DNA of 64,000 nucleotides from the human T2T-CHM13v2.0 reference genome, Homo sapiens, in NCBI RefSeq assembly GCF_009914755.1, contig NC_060929.1. One strand, given 5' to 3'. Both the position numbers and the translations under genes were made by a program. The notes under the pieces are model-generated. The model was not told the origin of the DNA and did not search any database. It was given only the letters and a program-made list of their open reading frames with translations. This document shows positions 1 through 16,904 of this stretch, piece by piece (position 1 is the first letter of the stretch; every line of letters starts with the position of its first letter).

Positions 1-70
1 ACAGAGCGAGGCACTGTCTCAGAAATAAACAAATAAAATAAAATAAACTAAAATAAAGTGACGTAAAATA
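1..70 (+). mobile_element. Alu 3' end and A-rich tail (cut by window edge)
   Basis: acagagcgag...tctc followed by (AAATA)n. Confidence 0.85.
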
Positions 71-299
71 AAATTGAAATAATATTTTCACGTTTCCCTC
101 ACCCAGCCCATTTTATTTTCAGAGTATTTGATAAACCGCTTTCTTCCCTGTGCGTTAGAGAGTTTTTTTTCTCAGACATCGAAGTTTTCTAATGCTCAAC
201 TTCGTAAAATGTCTCATTTTTACTGTAAATAGTTTCTTTACTGTTGTGAGATGTGAACTTTGCGATTCTGTGAAGAGGACTGAATTCTGAAATGCCCCC

Positions 300-470
300 T
301 GCATTTCCCGCCCCTCAGAGAGTCGCCCTGTGTCTGCCCCTCCCTTGGGTGTGGGCGGAAGCACGAATTGATGTGCCCGCCCGACTTCCTCATTAGATTG
401 GGGGGTATCCTGAACCAACGGCTGCTAAGGGCTGGGTCTAATCCAGTCATCTGAGCCCTTTATAAGGGAG
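300..470 (+). promoter_or_regulatory. Putative Pol II promoter of the unit (recurs in every unit): GC boxes, two DUX-like 11-mers, TATA-like TATAAG
   Basis: CCGCCC/GGGCGG boxes; TCATTAGATTG 390-400; TAATCCAGTCA 439-449; tttTATAAGGG with TATAAG at 461-466; no ATG between TATA and start codon. TSS not observed. Confidence 0.6.
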
Positions 471-1082
471 GACTGAACCCCCCTGTGATTACGCTCCCCT
501 GTGGGAGATTCCCCAGCACTGGCTGTGCACACCCAGGGAGCCTCACGGCCCAGACCTGGGCAGCACGGGTAGGAGCTGAGAGCATCCTCACGGCAGCAGG
601 CAGAACAAACAAGTGGGCCTGGGGCTCACAACCCTGAGGCATTGTTGAATTCTGCCACCAACTCGAATCGGATCGAAGCCAGACCCTTCTCAGGTGGAGG
701 CAACGGCCGCACAGCCAGACCCATCCTGGAGGTCCCTCGTGGGACTCTGAGCAGGAGGCAGTCACTTGGCCTAGCAGAACTTCTGACCTGTGAGCTGGTG
801 TTTGTTTTAAATACCCCAAATTGGTGAGAATTCGTTCTGCATTGACCTAAAACTAACATACTCTCCTTCCACAAGTTTCTTCACACTGTGGAAGCGAGAA
901 AATTCAGTGTGTGTGTTTGTGTGTGGGAAGGGGCGGCCGGGAGCCGTGTCCGGTTACGGCGAAACTGGCTCAGCAGAAACACAGCAGCTAAAATCTTTGA
1001 AAGGTTCTCATCGCAGATCCACAATCAAACCACCCCAGCCGGAACTTCTGCCTGTACAGCTGCTGTCACGGAGCAGACTTGA

Positions 1083-1688
<606 letters not shown>

Positions 1689-3168
1689 GCCCAGGGCCAG
1701 AGGGCAGGGTCTGTTTGTGCAGGAATAAGTACCGCGTTCATCTTCCAATGACAGGAGTGTGTGCGCCGGAGCTCCCGCATCTCAGTCCCACCTGGATTTA
1801 CCCACGATCTTCGTGTCTTAAAATGCGAAGTTGCCCTTACCTGGATGAAGACAGCAGATCGCTTCATAGGAGCCTTGGCTAAATCTTTGGGCATTTTAAT
1901 GGGATGTGGAGGCGTTTCTCTATGTCTTTCCAGCTGGAGGAATCAAGGTGCCTGGGCCTAGAGCATCCTGTGGACAGGCAGCTGCATTCAGAGAGGGAAG
2001 CCCTTCCCAGGAGATCTGTATGGTTTCCTGCTGAAGCCTGGTGTAGCTCTGTCTTAGCTTGTAGGCTTATGTCTGGGTTCCAGTAATTGGAGCTTGCAGA
2101 AATGTTTCCCCGATTGTTGTTCTTCTGTAGAATTTCAACGCTCATATGTATTTTTGTGAGTCACCACGAAAACAGTTAAGCTGATCAACCGTTTTCCAAA
2201 CTGCAGACACCAAATTGAAATCACAAAGCACTTTCTTTTTTTCCCCTAAGTTGACTCTTCTATTCCTGCCTGCTGTGCTTTATGTCAGCAAGTGACCCTT
2301 TCCTGTATTATAATGCAGTATAGTATAGATGCATCATGTAAGACCAGAGAGAAACCGATTCCAAAACCACCTTTCCTCAAGCCGCCGTTTGTAACGACCA
2401 TATGGGTGGTTTGAAGGACACAGAGAGAGCCTATTGACACTTCACTTTCGCTACACGTGGTGATTTTTCCAGTGCTTCCGGAGACACTGAAATTTAGTTC
2501 CAAACATTGCCTTAGAGGATTCTTGATTTTATTCATTCTACCGATGATCCACTCAGAAAATCAAACCTGAGTACGGAGACATTGGAGAAGTCGTTAAAGT
2601 GTTGGACCAAGTCGGTTCGTCACGAGTGACAAGGTTATTCCACACTCTACTTGTACATACTCTGCTTTGCCTTCATGATGGCAAAGAGTAATTTTTCGCT
2701 ATAGAGTAAAAACCCGAGATTTATTACGGAATCAGCGTGAACCTTCCCAGCACAGCTCACAGAGCATACGCCAAAAATTACAGTGTGATTCAGTTTCAAA
2801 AATTGTCTGTAGTGACCTGTGAATTCACAGCTCGTGAGGACATTCTTTAGTTCGGCTGAAGCCAAAAAACCTGGAACCATCGAAATGGGAAGAAGTGGAG
2901 TCTGCCAAATTCTGCCTCTTACACTTTCAGCTACCAAGCCATGTTCAACTATTGTACTTGATAAGGATTGGAAACTTAAGGTGCTGATAATTTCAACAGA
3001 GTTTCACCAGAGTAGTATTTCTTGTGAGAAAGCCATGATCTCATCAGTAACGCCTTTCTAAAAGATCCAACAGAAAATATGAACTAGCAACTCATCCTGA
3101 CAAGGAAGTAAAACTCAGGAAAAATCCTAAGGCAGAGCAGCGTCAGGCTTCAGTGTGAAACTATCATA

Positions 3169-3504
3169 GTCTGGGCGCGGTGGCTCACGCCTATAGTCCC
3201 TTCACTTTGGGAAGCCAAGGTGGGGCAGATCACCTGAAGTCAGCAGTTCAAGACCAGCCTGGCCAAAATGGCGAGACCTCGTCTCTACTTGAGCAAATAC
3301 AAAAATTTGCCCGGCGTGGTAGCGCGCACATTTAGTCCCAGCCACTCTGGAGGCTGAGGCAGGAGAATCCGTTGAGCCTAGGATGCCGAGGCTGCAGTGG
3401 GCTGAGATGAGGCCGCTGTAATCCAGCCTGGGGGACAGAGCGAGGCACTGTCTCAGAAATAAACAAATAAAATAAAATAAACTAAAATAAAGTGACGTAA
3501 AATA
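3169..3504 (+). mobile_element. AluS-like element within unit
   Basis: gtctgggcgcggtggctcacgcct...gaccagcctggcc...ggaggctgaggcaggagaatc...A-rich tail. Confidence 0.92.
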
Positions 3505-3823
3505 AAATTGAAATAATATTTTCACGTTTCCCTCACCCAGCCCATTTTATTTTCAGAGTATTTGATAAACCGCTTTCTTCCCTGTGCGTTAGAGAGTTTT
3601 TTTTCTCAGACATCGAAGTTTTCTAATGCTCAACTTCGTAAAATGTCTCATTTTTACTGTAAATAGTTTTTTTACTGTTGTGAGATGTGAACTTTGCGAT
3701 TCTGTGAAGAGGACTGAATTCTGAAATGCCCCCTGCATTTCCCGCCCCTCAGAGAGTCGCCCTGTGTCTGCCCCTCCCTTGGGTGTGGGCGGAAGCACGA
3801 ATTGATGTGCCCGCCCGACTTCC

Positions 3824-3834
3824 TGATTAGATTA
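3824..3834 (-). promoter_or_regulatory. Perfect DUX4 consensus site
   Basis: TGATTAGATTA = reverse complement of TAATCTAATCA, ~60 bp upstream of TATAAG. Confidence 0.8.
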
Positions 3835-4516
3835 GGGGGTATCCTGAACCAACGGCTGCTAAGGGCTGGGTCTAATGCAGTCATCTGAGCCCTGTATAAG
3901 GGAGGACTGAACCCCCCTCTGATTACGCTCCCCTGTGGGAGATTCCCCAGCACTGGCTGTGCACACCCAGGGAGCCTCACGGCCCAGACCTGGGCAGCAC
4001 GGGTAGGAGCTGAGAGCATCCTCACGGCAGCAGGCAGAACAAACAAGTGGGCCTGGGGCTCGCAACCCTGAGGCATTGTTGAATCCTGCCACCAACTCGA
4101 ATCGGATCGAAGCCAGACCCTTCTGAGGTGGAGGCAACGACCGCACAGCCAGACCCATCCTGGAGGTCCCTCGTGGGACTCTGAGCAGGAGGCAGTCACT
4201 TGGCCTAGCAGAACTTGTGACCTGTGAGCTGGTGTTTGTTTTAAATACCCCAAATTGGTGAGAATTCGTTCTGCATTTACCTAAAACTAACATACTCTCC
4301 TTCCACAAGTTTCTTCACACTGTGGAAGCGAGAAAATTCAGTGTGTGTGTTTGTGTGTGGGAAGGGGCGGCCGGGAGCCGTGTCCGGTTACGGCGAAACT
4401 GGCTCAGCAGAAACACAGCAGCTAAAATCTTTGAAAGGTTCTCATCGCAGATCCACAATCAAACCACCCCAGCCGGAACTTCTGCCTGTACAGCTGCTGT
4501 CACGGAGCAGACTTGA

Positions 4517-5122
<606 letters not shown>

Positions 5123-6602
5123 GCCCAGGGCCAGAGGGCAGGGTCTGTTTGTGCAGGAATAAGTACCGCGTTCATCTTCCAATGACAGGAGTGTGTGCGC
5201 CGGAGCTCCCGCATCTCAGTCCCACCTGGATTTACCCACGATCTTCGTGTCTTAAAATGCGAAGTTGCCCTTACCTGGATGAAGACAGCAGATCGCTTCA
5301 TAGGAGCCTTGGCTAAATCTTTGGGCATTTTAATGGGATGTGGAGGCGTTTCTCTATGTCTTTCCAGCTGGAGGAATCAAGGTGCCTGGGCCTAGAGCAT
5401 CCTGTGGACAGGCAGCTGCATTCAGAGAGGGAAGCCCTTCCCAGGAGATCTGTATGGTTTCCTGCTGAAGCCTGGTGTAGCTCTGTCTTAGCTTGTAGGC
5501 TTATGTCTGGGTTCCAGTAATTGGAGCTTGCAGAAATGTTTCCCCGATTGTTGTTCTTCTGTAGAATTTCAACGCTCATATGTATTTTTGTGAGTCACCA
5601 CGAAAACAGTTAAGCTGATCAACCGTTTTCCAAACTGCAGACACCAAATTGAAATCACAAAGCACTTTCTTTTTTTCCCCTAAGTTGACTCTTCTATTCC
5701 TGCCTGCTGTGCTTTATGTCAGCAAGTGACCCTTTCCTGTATTATAATGCAGTATAGTATAGATGCATCATGTAAGACCAGAGAGAAACCGATTCCAAAA
5801 CCACCTTTCCTCAAGCCGCCGTTTGTAACGACCATATGGGCGGTTTGAAGGACACAGAGAGAGCCTACTGACACTTCACTTTCGCTACACGTGGTGATTT
5901 TTCCAGTGCTTCCGGAGACACTGAAATTTAGTTCCAAACATTGCCTTAGAGGATTCTTGATTTTATTCATTCTACCGATGATCCACTCAGAAAATCAAAC
6001 CTGAGTACGGAGACATTGGAGAAGTCGTTAAAGTGTTGGACCAAGTCGGTTCGTCACGAGTGACAAGGTTATTCCACACTCTACTTGTACATACTCTGCT
6101 TTGCCTTCATGATGGCAAAGAGTAATTTTTCGCTATAGAGTAAAAACCCGAGATTTATTACGGAATCAGCGTGAACCTTCCCAGCACAGCTCACAGAGCA
6201 TACGCCAAAAATTACAGTGTGATTCAGTTTCAAAAATTGTCTGTAGTGACCTGTGAATTCACAGCTCGTGAGGACATTCTTTAGTTCGGCTGAAGCCAAA
6301 AAACCTGGAACCATCGAAATGGGAAGAAGTGGAGTCTGCCAAATTCTGCCTCTTACACTTTCAGCTACCAAGCCATGTTCAACTATTGTACTTGATAAGG
6401 ATTGGAAACTTAAGGTGCTGATAATTTCAACAGAGTTTCACCAGAGTAGTATTTCTTGTGAGAAAGCCATGATCTCATCAGTAACGCCTTTCTAAAAGAT
6501 CCAACAGAAAATATGAACTAGCAACTCATCCTGACAAGGAAGTAAAACTCAGGAAAAATCCTAAGGCAGAGCAGCGTCAGGCTTCAGTGTGAAACTATCA
6601 TA

Positions 6603-6938
6603 GTCTGGGCGCGGTGGCTCACGCCTATAGTCCCTTCACTTTGGGAAGCCAAGGTGGGGCAGATCACCTGAAGTCAGCAGTTCAAGACCAGCCTGGCCAA
6701 AATGGCGAGACCTCGTCTCTACTTGAGCAAATACAAAAATTTGCCCGGCGTGGTAGCGCGCACATTTAGTCCCAGCCACTCTGGAGGCTGAGGCAGGAGA
6801 ATCCGTTGAGCCTAGGATGCCGAGGCTGCAGTGGGCTGAGATGAGGCCGCTGTAATCCAGCCTGGGGGACAGAGCGAGGCACTGTCTCAGAAATAAACAA
6901 ATAAAATAAAATAAACTAAAATAAAGTGACGTAAAATA
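6603..6938 (+). mobile_element. AluS-like element within unit
   Basis: Copy of 3169-3504. Confidence 0.92.
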
Positions 6939-7257
6939 AAATTGAAATAATATTTTCACGTTTCCCTCACCCAGCCCATTTTATTTTCAGAGTATTTGAT
7001 AAACCGCTTTCTTCCCTGTGCGTTAGAGAGTTTTTTTTCTCAGACATCGAAGTTTTCTAATGCTCAACTTCGTAAAATGTCTCATTTTTACTGTAAATAG
7101 TTTTTTTACTGTTGTGAGATGTGAACTTTGCGATTCTGTGAAGAGGACTGAATTCTGAAATGCCCCCTGCATTTCCCGCCCCTCAGAGAGTCGCCCTGTG
7201 TCTGCCCCTCCCTTGGGTGTGGGCGGAAGCACGAATTGATGTGCCCGCCCGACTTCC

Positions 7258-7268
7258 TGATTAGATTA
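7258..7268 (-). promoter_or_regulatory. Perfect DUX4 consensus site
   Basis: TGATTAGATTA. Confidence 0.8.
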
Positions 7269-7950
7269 GGGGGTATCCTGAACCAACGGCTGCTAAGGGC
7301 TGGGTCTAATGCAGTCATCTGAGCCCTGTATAAGGGAGGACTGAACCCCCCTCTGATTACGCTCCCCTGTGGGAGATTCCCCAGCACTGGCTGTGCACAC
7401 CCAGGGAGCCTCACGGCCCAGACCTGGGCAGCACGGGTAGGAGCTGAGAGCATCCTCACGGCAGCAGGCAGAACAAACAAGTGGGCCTGGGGCTCGCAAC
7501 CCTGAGGCATTGTTGAATCCTGCCACCAACTCGAATCGGATCGAAGCCAGACCCTTCTGAGGTGGAGGCAACGACCGCACAGCCAGACCCATCCTGGAGG
7601 TCCCTCGTGGGACTCTGAGCAGGAGGCAGTCACTTGGCCTAGCAGAACTTGTGACCTGTGAGCTGGTGTTTGTTTTAAATACCCCAAATTGGTGAGAATT
7701 CGTTCTGCATTGACCTAAAACTAACATACTCTCCTTCCACAAGTTTCTTCACACTGTGGAAGCGAGAAAATTCAGTGTGTGTGTTTGTGTGTGGGAAGGG
7801 GCGGCCGGGAGCCGTGTCCGGTTACGGCGAAACTGGCTCAGCAGAAACACAGCAGCTAAAATCTTTGAAAGGTTCTCATCGCAGATCCACAATCAAACCA
7901 CCCCAGCCGGAACTTCTGCCTGTACAGCTGCTGTCACGGAGCAGACTTGA

Positions 7951-8556
<606 letters not shown>

Positions 8557-10036
8557 GCCCAGGGCCAGAGGGCAGGGTCTGTTTGTGCAGGAATAAGTAC
8601 CGCGTTCATCTTCCAATGACAGGAGTGTGTGCGCCGGAGCTCCCGCATCTCAGTCCCACCTGGATTTACCCACGATCTTCGTGTCTTAAAATGCGAAGTT
8701 GCCCTTACCTGGATGAAGACAGCAGATCGCTTCATAGGAGCCTTGGCTAAATCTTTGGGCATTTTAATGGGATGTGGAGGCGTTTCTCTATGTCTTTCCA
8801 GCTGGAGGAATCAAGGTGCCTGGGCCTAGAGCATCCTGTGGACAGGCAGCTGCATTCAGAGAGGGAAGCCCTTCCCAGGAGATCTGTATGGTTTCCTGCT
8901 GAAGCCTGGTGTAGCTCTGTCTTAGCTTGTAGGCTTATGTCTGGGTTCCAGTAATTGGAGCTTGCAGAAATGTTTCCCCGATTGTTGTTCTTCTGTAGAA
9001 TTTCAACGCTCATATGTATTTTTGTGAGTCACCACGAAAACAGTTAAACTGATCAACCGTTTTCCAAACTGCAGACACCAAATTGAAATCACAAAGCACT
9101 TTCTTTTTTTCCCCTAAGTTGACTCTTCTATTCCTGCCTGCTGTGCTTTATGTCAGCAAGTGACCCTTTCCTGTATTATAAGGCAGTATAGTATAGATGC
9201 ATCATGTAAGACCAGAGAGAAACCGATTCCAAAACCACCTTTCCTCAAGCCGCCGTTTGTAACGACCATATGGGCGGTTTGAAGGACACAGAGAGAGCCT
9301 ATTGACACTTCACTTTCGCTACACGTGGTGATTTTTCCAGTGCTTCCGGAGACACTGAAATTTAGTTCCAAACATTGCCTTAGAGGATTCTTGATTTTAT
9401 TCATTCTACCGATGATCCACTCAGAAAATCAAACCTGAGTACGGAGACATTGGAGAAGTCGTTAAAGTGTTGGACCAAGTCGGTTCGTCACGAGTGACAA
9501 GGTTATTCCACACTCTACTTGTACATACTCTGCTTTGCCTTCAGGATGGCAAAGAGTAATTTTTCGCTATAGAGTAAAAACCCGAGATTTATTACGGAAT
9601 CAGCGTGAACCTTCCCAGCACAGCTCACAGAGCATACGCCAAAAATTACAGTGTGATTCAGTTTCAAAAATTGTCTGTAGTGACCTGTGAATTCACAGCT
9701 CGTGAGGACATTCTTTAGTTCGGCTGAAGCCAAAAAACCTGGAACCATCGAAATGGGAAGAAGTGGAGTCTGCCAAATTCTGCCTCTTACACTTTCAGCT
9801 ACCACGCCATGTTCAACTATTGTACTTGATAAGGATTGGAAACTTAAGGTGCTGATAATTTCAATAGAGTTTCACCAGAGTAGTATTTCTTGTGAGAAAG
9901 CCATGATCTCATCAGTAACGCCTTTCTAAAAGATCCAACAGAAAATATGAACTAGCAACTCATCCTGACAAGGAAGTAAAACTCAGGAAAAATCCTAAGG
10001 CAGAGCAGCTTCAGGCTTCAGTGTGAAACTATCATA

Positions 10037-10372
10037 GTCTGGGCGCGGTGGCTCACGCCTATAGTCCCTTCACTTTGGGAAGCCAAGGTGGGGCAGATCA
10101 CCTGAAGTCAGCAGTTCAAGACCAGCCTGGCCAAAATGGCGAGACCTCCTCTCTACTTGAGCAAATACAAAAATTTGCCCGGCGTGGTAGCGCGCAAATT
10201 TAGTCCCAGCCACTCTGGAGGCTGAGGCAGGAGAATCCGTTGAGCCTAGGATGCCGAGGCTGCAGTGGGCTGAGATGAGGCCGCTGTAATCCAGCCTGGG
10301 GGACAGAGCGAGGCACTGTCTCAGAAATAAACAAATAAAATAAAATAAACTAAAATAAAGTGACGTAAAATA
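10037..10372 (+). mobile_element. AluS-like element within unit
   Basis: Copy of 3169-3504. Confidence 0.92.
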
Positions 10373-11384
10373 AAATTGAAATAATATTTTCACGTTTCCC
10401 TCACCCAGCCCATTTTATTTTCAGAGTATTTGATAAACCGCTTTCTTCCCTGTGCGTTAGAGAGTTTTTTTTCTCAGACATCGAAGTTTTCTAATGCTCA
10501 ACTTCGTAAAATGTCTCATTTTTACTGTAAATAGTTTCTTTACTGTTGTGAGATGTGAACTTTGCGATTCTGTGAAGAGGACTGAATTCTGAAATGCCCC
10601 CTGCATTTCCCGCCCCTCGGAGAGTCGCCCTGTGTCTGCCCCTCCCTTGGGTGTGGGCGGAAGCACGAATTGATGTGCCCGCCCGACTTCCTCATTAGAT
10701 TGGGGGGTATCCTGAACCAACGGCTGCTAAGGGCTGGGTCTAATCCAGTCATCTGAGCCCTTTATAAGGGAGGACTGAACCCCCCTGTGATTACGCTCCC
10801 CTGTGGGAGATTCCCCAGCACTGGCTGTGCACACCCAGGGAGCCTCACGGCCCAGAACTGGGCAGCACGGGTAGGAGCTGAGAGCATCCTCACGGCAGCA
10901 GGCAGAACAAACAAGTGGGCCTGGGGCTCACAACCCTGAGGCATTGTTGAATTCTGCCACCAACTCGAATCGGATCGAAGCCAGACCCTTCTCAGGTGGA
11001 GGCAACGACCGCACAGCCAGACCCATCCTGGAGGTCCCTCGTGGGACTCTGAGCAGGAGGCAGTCACTTGGCCTAGCAGAACTTCTGACCTGTGAGCTGG
11101 TGTTTGTTTTAAATACCCCAAATTGGTGAGAATTCGTTCTGCATTGACCTAAAACTAACATACTCTCCTTCCACAAGTTTCTTCACACTGTGGAAGCGAG
11201 AAAATTCAGTGTGTGTGTTTGTGTGTGGGAAGGGGCGGCCGGGAGCCGTGTCCGGTTACGGCGAAACTGGCTCAGCAGAAACACAGCAGCTAAAATCTTT
11301 GAAAGGTTCTCATCGCAGATCCACAATCAAACCACCCCAGCCGGAACTTCTGCCTGTACAGCTGCTGTCACGGAGCAGACTTGA

Positions 11385-11990
<606 letters not shown>

Positions 11991-13470
11991 GCCCACGGCC
12001 AGAGGGCAGGGTCTGTTTGTGCAGGAATAAGTACCGCGTTCATCTTCCAATGACAGGAGTGTGTGCGCCGGAGCTCCCGCATCTCAGTCCCACCTGGATT
12101 TACCCACGATCTTCGTGTCTTAAAATGCGAAGTTGCCCTTACCTGGATGAAGACAGCAGATCGCTTCATAGGAGCCTTGGCTAAATCTTTGGGCATTTTA
12201 ATGGGATGTGGAGGCGTTTCTCTATGTCTTTCCAGCTGGAGGAATCAAGGTGCCTGGGCCTAGAGCATCCTGTGGACAGGCAGCTGCATTCAGAGAGGGA
12301 AGCCCTTCCCAGGAGATCTGTATGGTTTCCTGCTGAAGCCTGGTGTAGCTCTGTCTTAGCTTGTAGGCTTATGTCTGGGTTCCAGTAATTGGAGCTTGCA
12401 GAAATGTTTCCCCGATTGTTGTTCTTCTGTAGAATTTCAACGCTCATATGTATTTTTGTGAGTCACCACGAAAACAGTTAAACTGATCAACCGTTTTCCA
12501 AACTGCAGACACCAAATTGAAATCACAAAGCACTTTCTTTTTTTCCCCTAAGTTGACTCTTCTATTCCTGCCTGCTGTGCTTTATGTCAGCAAGTGACCC
12601 TTTCCTGTATTATAAGGCAGTATAGTATAGATGCATCATGTAAGACCAGAGAGAAACCGATTCCAAAACCACCTTTCCTCAAGCCGCCGTTTGTAACGAC
12701 CATATGGGCGGTTTGAAGGACACAGAGAGAGCCTATTGACACTTCACTTTCGCTACACGTGGTGATTTTTCCAGTGCTTCCGGAGACACTGAAATTTAGT
12801 TCCAAACATTGCCTTAGAGGATTCTTCATTTTATTCATTCTACCGATGATCCACTCAGAAAATCAAACCTGAGTACGGAGACATTGGAGAAGTCGTTAAA
12901 GTGTTGGACCAAGTCGGTTCGTCACGAGTGACAAAGTTATTCCACACTCTACTTGTACATACTCTGCTTTGCCTTCAGGATGGCAAAGAGTAATTTTTCG
13001 CTATAGAGTAAAAACCCGAGATTTATTACGGAATCAGCGTGAACCTTCCCAGCACAGCTCACAGAGCATACGCCAAAAATTACAGTGTGATTCAGTTTCA
13101 AAAATTGTCTGTAGTGACCTGTGAATTCACAGCTCGTGAGGACATTCTTTAGTTCGGCTGAAGCCAAAAAACCTGGAACCATCGAAATGGGAAGAAGTGG
13201 AGTCTGCCAAATTCTGCCTCTTACACTTTCAGCTACCACGCCATGTTCAACTATTGTACTTGATAAGGATTGGAAACTTAAGGTGCTGATAATTTCAATA
13301 GAGTTTCACCAGAGTAGTATTTCTTGTGAGAAAGCCATGATCTCATCAGTAACGCCTTTCTAAAAGATCCAACAGAAAATATGAACTAGCAACTCATCCT
13401 GACAAGGAAGTAAAACTCAGGAAAAATCCTAAGGCAGAGCAGCTTCAGGCTTCAGTGTGAAACTATCATA

Positions 13471-13806
13471 GTCTGGGCGCGGTGGCTCACGCCTATAGTC
13501 CCTTCACTTTGGGAAGCCAAGGTGGGGCAGATCACCTGAAGTCAGCAGTTCAAGACCAGCCTGGCCAAAATGGCGAGACCTCCTCTCTACTTGAGCAAAT
13601 ACAAAAATTTGCCCGGCGTGGTAGCGCGCAAATTTAGTCCCAGCCACTCTGGAGGCTGAGGCAGGAGAATCCGTTGAGCCTAGGATGCCGAGGCTGCAGT
13701 GGGCTGAGATGAGGCCGCTGTAATCCAGCCTGGGGGACAGAGCGAGGCACTGTCTCAGAAATAAACAAATAAAATAAAATAAACTAAAATAAAGTGACGT
13801 AAAATA
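13471..13806 (+). mobile_element. AluS-like element within unit
   Basis: Copy of 3169-3504. Confidence 0.92.
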
Positions 13807-14818
13807 AAATTGAAATAATATTTTCACGTTTCCCTCACCCAGCCCATTTTATTTTCAGAGTATTTGATAAACCGCTTTCTTCCCTGTGCGTTAGAGAGTT
13901 TTTTTTCTCAGACATCGAAGTTTTCTAATGCTCAACTTCGTAAAATGTCTCATTTTTACTGTAAATAGTTTCTTTACTGTTGTGAGATGTGAACTTTGCG
14001 ATTCTGTGAAGAGGACTGAATTCTGAAATGCCCCCTGCATTTCCCGCCCCTCGGAGAGTCGCCCTGTGTCTGCCCCTCCCTTGGGTGTGGGCGGAAGCAC
14101 GAATTGATGTGCCCGCCCGACTTCCTCATTAGATTGGGGGGTATCCTGAACCAACGGCTGCTAAGGGCTGGGTCTAATCCAGTCATCTGAGCCCTTTATA
14201 AGGGAGGACTGAACCCCCCTGTGATTACGCTCCCCTGTGGGAGATTCCCCAGCACTGGCTGTGCACACCCAGGGAGCCTCACGGCCCAGAACTGGGCAGC
14301 ACGGGTAGGAGCTGAGAGCATCCTCACGGCAGCAGGCAGAACAAACAAGTGGGCCTGGGGCTCACAACCCTGAGGCATTGTTGAATTCTGCCACCAACTC
14401 GAATCGGATCGAAGCCAGACCCTTCTCAGGTGGAGGCAACGACCGCACAGCCAGACCCATCCTGGAGGTCCCTCGTGGGACTCTGAGCAGGAGGCAGTCA
14501 CTTGGCCTAGCAGAACTTCTGACCTGTGAGCTGGTGTTTGTTTTAAATACCCCAAATTGGTGAGAATTCGTTCTGCATTGACCTAAAACTAACATACTCT
14601 CCTTCCACAAGTTTCTTCACACTGTGGAAGCGAGAAAATTCAGTGTGTGTGTTTGTGTGTGGGAAGGGGCGGCCGGGAGCCGTGTCCGGTTACGGCGAAA
14701 CTGGCTCAGCAGAAACACAGCAGCTAAAATCTTTGAAAGGTTCTCATCGCAGATCCACAATCAAACCACCCCAGCCGGAACTTCTGCCTGTACAGCTGCT
14801 GTCACGGAGCAGACTTGA

Positions 14819-15424
<606 letters not shown>

Positions 15425-16904
15425 GCCCACGGCCAGAGGGCAGGGTCTGTTTGTGCAGGAATAAGTACCGCGTTCATCTTCCAATGACAGGAGTGTGTGC
15501 GCCGGAGCTCCCGCATCTCAGTCCCACCTGGATTTACCCACGATCTTCGTGTCTTAAAATGCGAAGTTGCCCTTACCTGGATGAAGACAGCAGATCGCTT
15601 CATAGGAGCCTTGGCTAAATCTTTGGGCATTTTAATGGGATGTGGAGGCGTTTCTCTATGTCTTTCCAGCTGGAGGAATCAAGGTGCCTGGGCCTAGAGC
15701 ATCCTGTGGACAGGCAGCTGCATTCAGAGAGGGAAGCCCTTCCCAGGAGATCTGTATGGTTTCCTGCTGAAGCCTGGTGTAGCTCTGTCTTAGCTTGTAG
15801 GCTTATGTCTGGGTTCCAGTAATTGGAGCTTGCAGAAATGTTTCCCCGATTGTTGTTCTTCTGTAGAATTTCAACGCTCATATGTATTTTTGTGAGTCAC
15901 CACGAAAACAGTTAAACTGATCAACCGTTTTCCAAACTGCAGACACCAAATTGAAATCACAAAGCACTTTCTTTTTTTCCCCTAAGTTGACTCTTCTATT
16001 CCTGCCTGCTGTGCTTTATGTCAGCAAGTGACCCTTTCCTGTATTATAATGCAGTATAGTATAGATGCATCATGTAAGACCAGAGAGAAACCGATTCCAA
16101 AACCACCTTTCCTCAAGCCGCCGTTTGTAACGACCATATGGGCGGTTTGAAGGACACAGAGAGAGCCTATTGACACTTCACTTTCGCTACACGTGGTGAT
16201 TTTTCCAGTGCTTCCGGAGACACTGAAATTTAGTTCCAAACATTGCCTTAGAGGATTCTTGATTTTATTCATTCTACCGATGATCCACTCAGAAAATCAA
16301 ACCTGAGTACGGAGACATTGGAGAAGTCGTTAAAGTGTTGGACCAAGTCGGTTCGTCACGAGTGACAAAGTTATTCCACACTCTACTTGTACATACTCTG
16401 CTTTGCCTTCAGGATGGCAAAGAGTAATTTTTCGCTATAGAGTAAAAACCCGAGATTTATTACGGAATCAGCGTGAACCTTCCCAGCACAGCTCACAGAG
16501 CATACGCCAAAAATTACAGTGTGATTCAGTTTCAAAAATTGTCTGTAGTGACCTGTGAATTCACAGCTCGTGAGGACATTCTTTAGTTCGGCTGAAGCCA
16601 AAAAACCTGGAACCATCGAAATGGGAAGAAGTGGAGTCTGCCAAATTCTGCCTCTTACACTTTCAGCTACCACGCCATGTTCAACTATTGTACTTGATAA
16701 GGATTGGAAACTTAAGATGCTGATAATTTCAATAGAGTTTCACCAGAGTAGTATTTCTTGTGAGAAAGCCATGATCTCATCAGTAACGCCTTTCTAAAAG
16801 ATCCAACAGAAAATATGAACTAGCAACTCATCCTGACAAGGAAGTAAAACTCAGGAAAAATCCTAAGGCAGAGCAGCTTCAGGCTTCAGTGTGAAACTAT
16901 CATA

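Noticed and set aside
824-875. Possible intron from TTG|GTGAGA to ctaac...ctccttccacaAG
   Set aside because: It would be only 52 nt with a weak AAG acceptor; splicing cannot be supported without RNA data.
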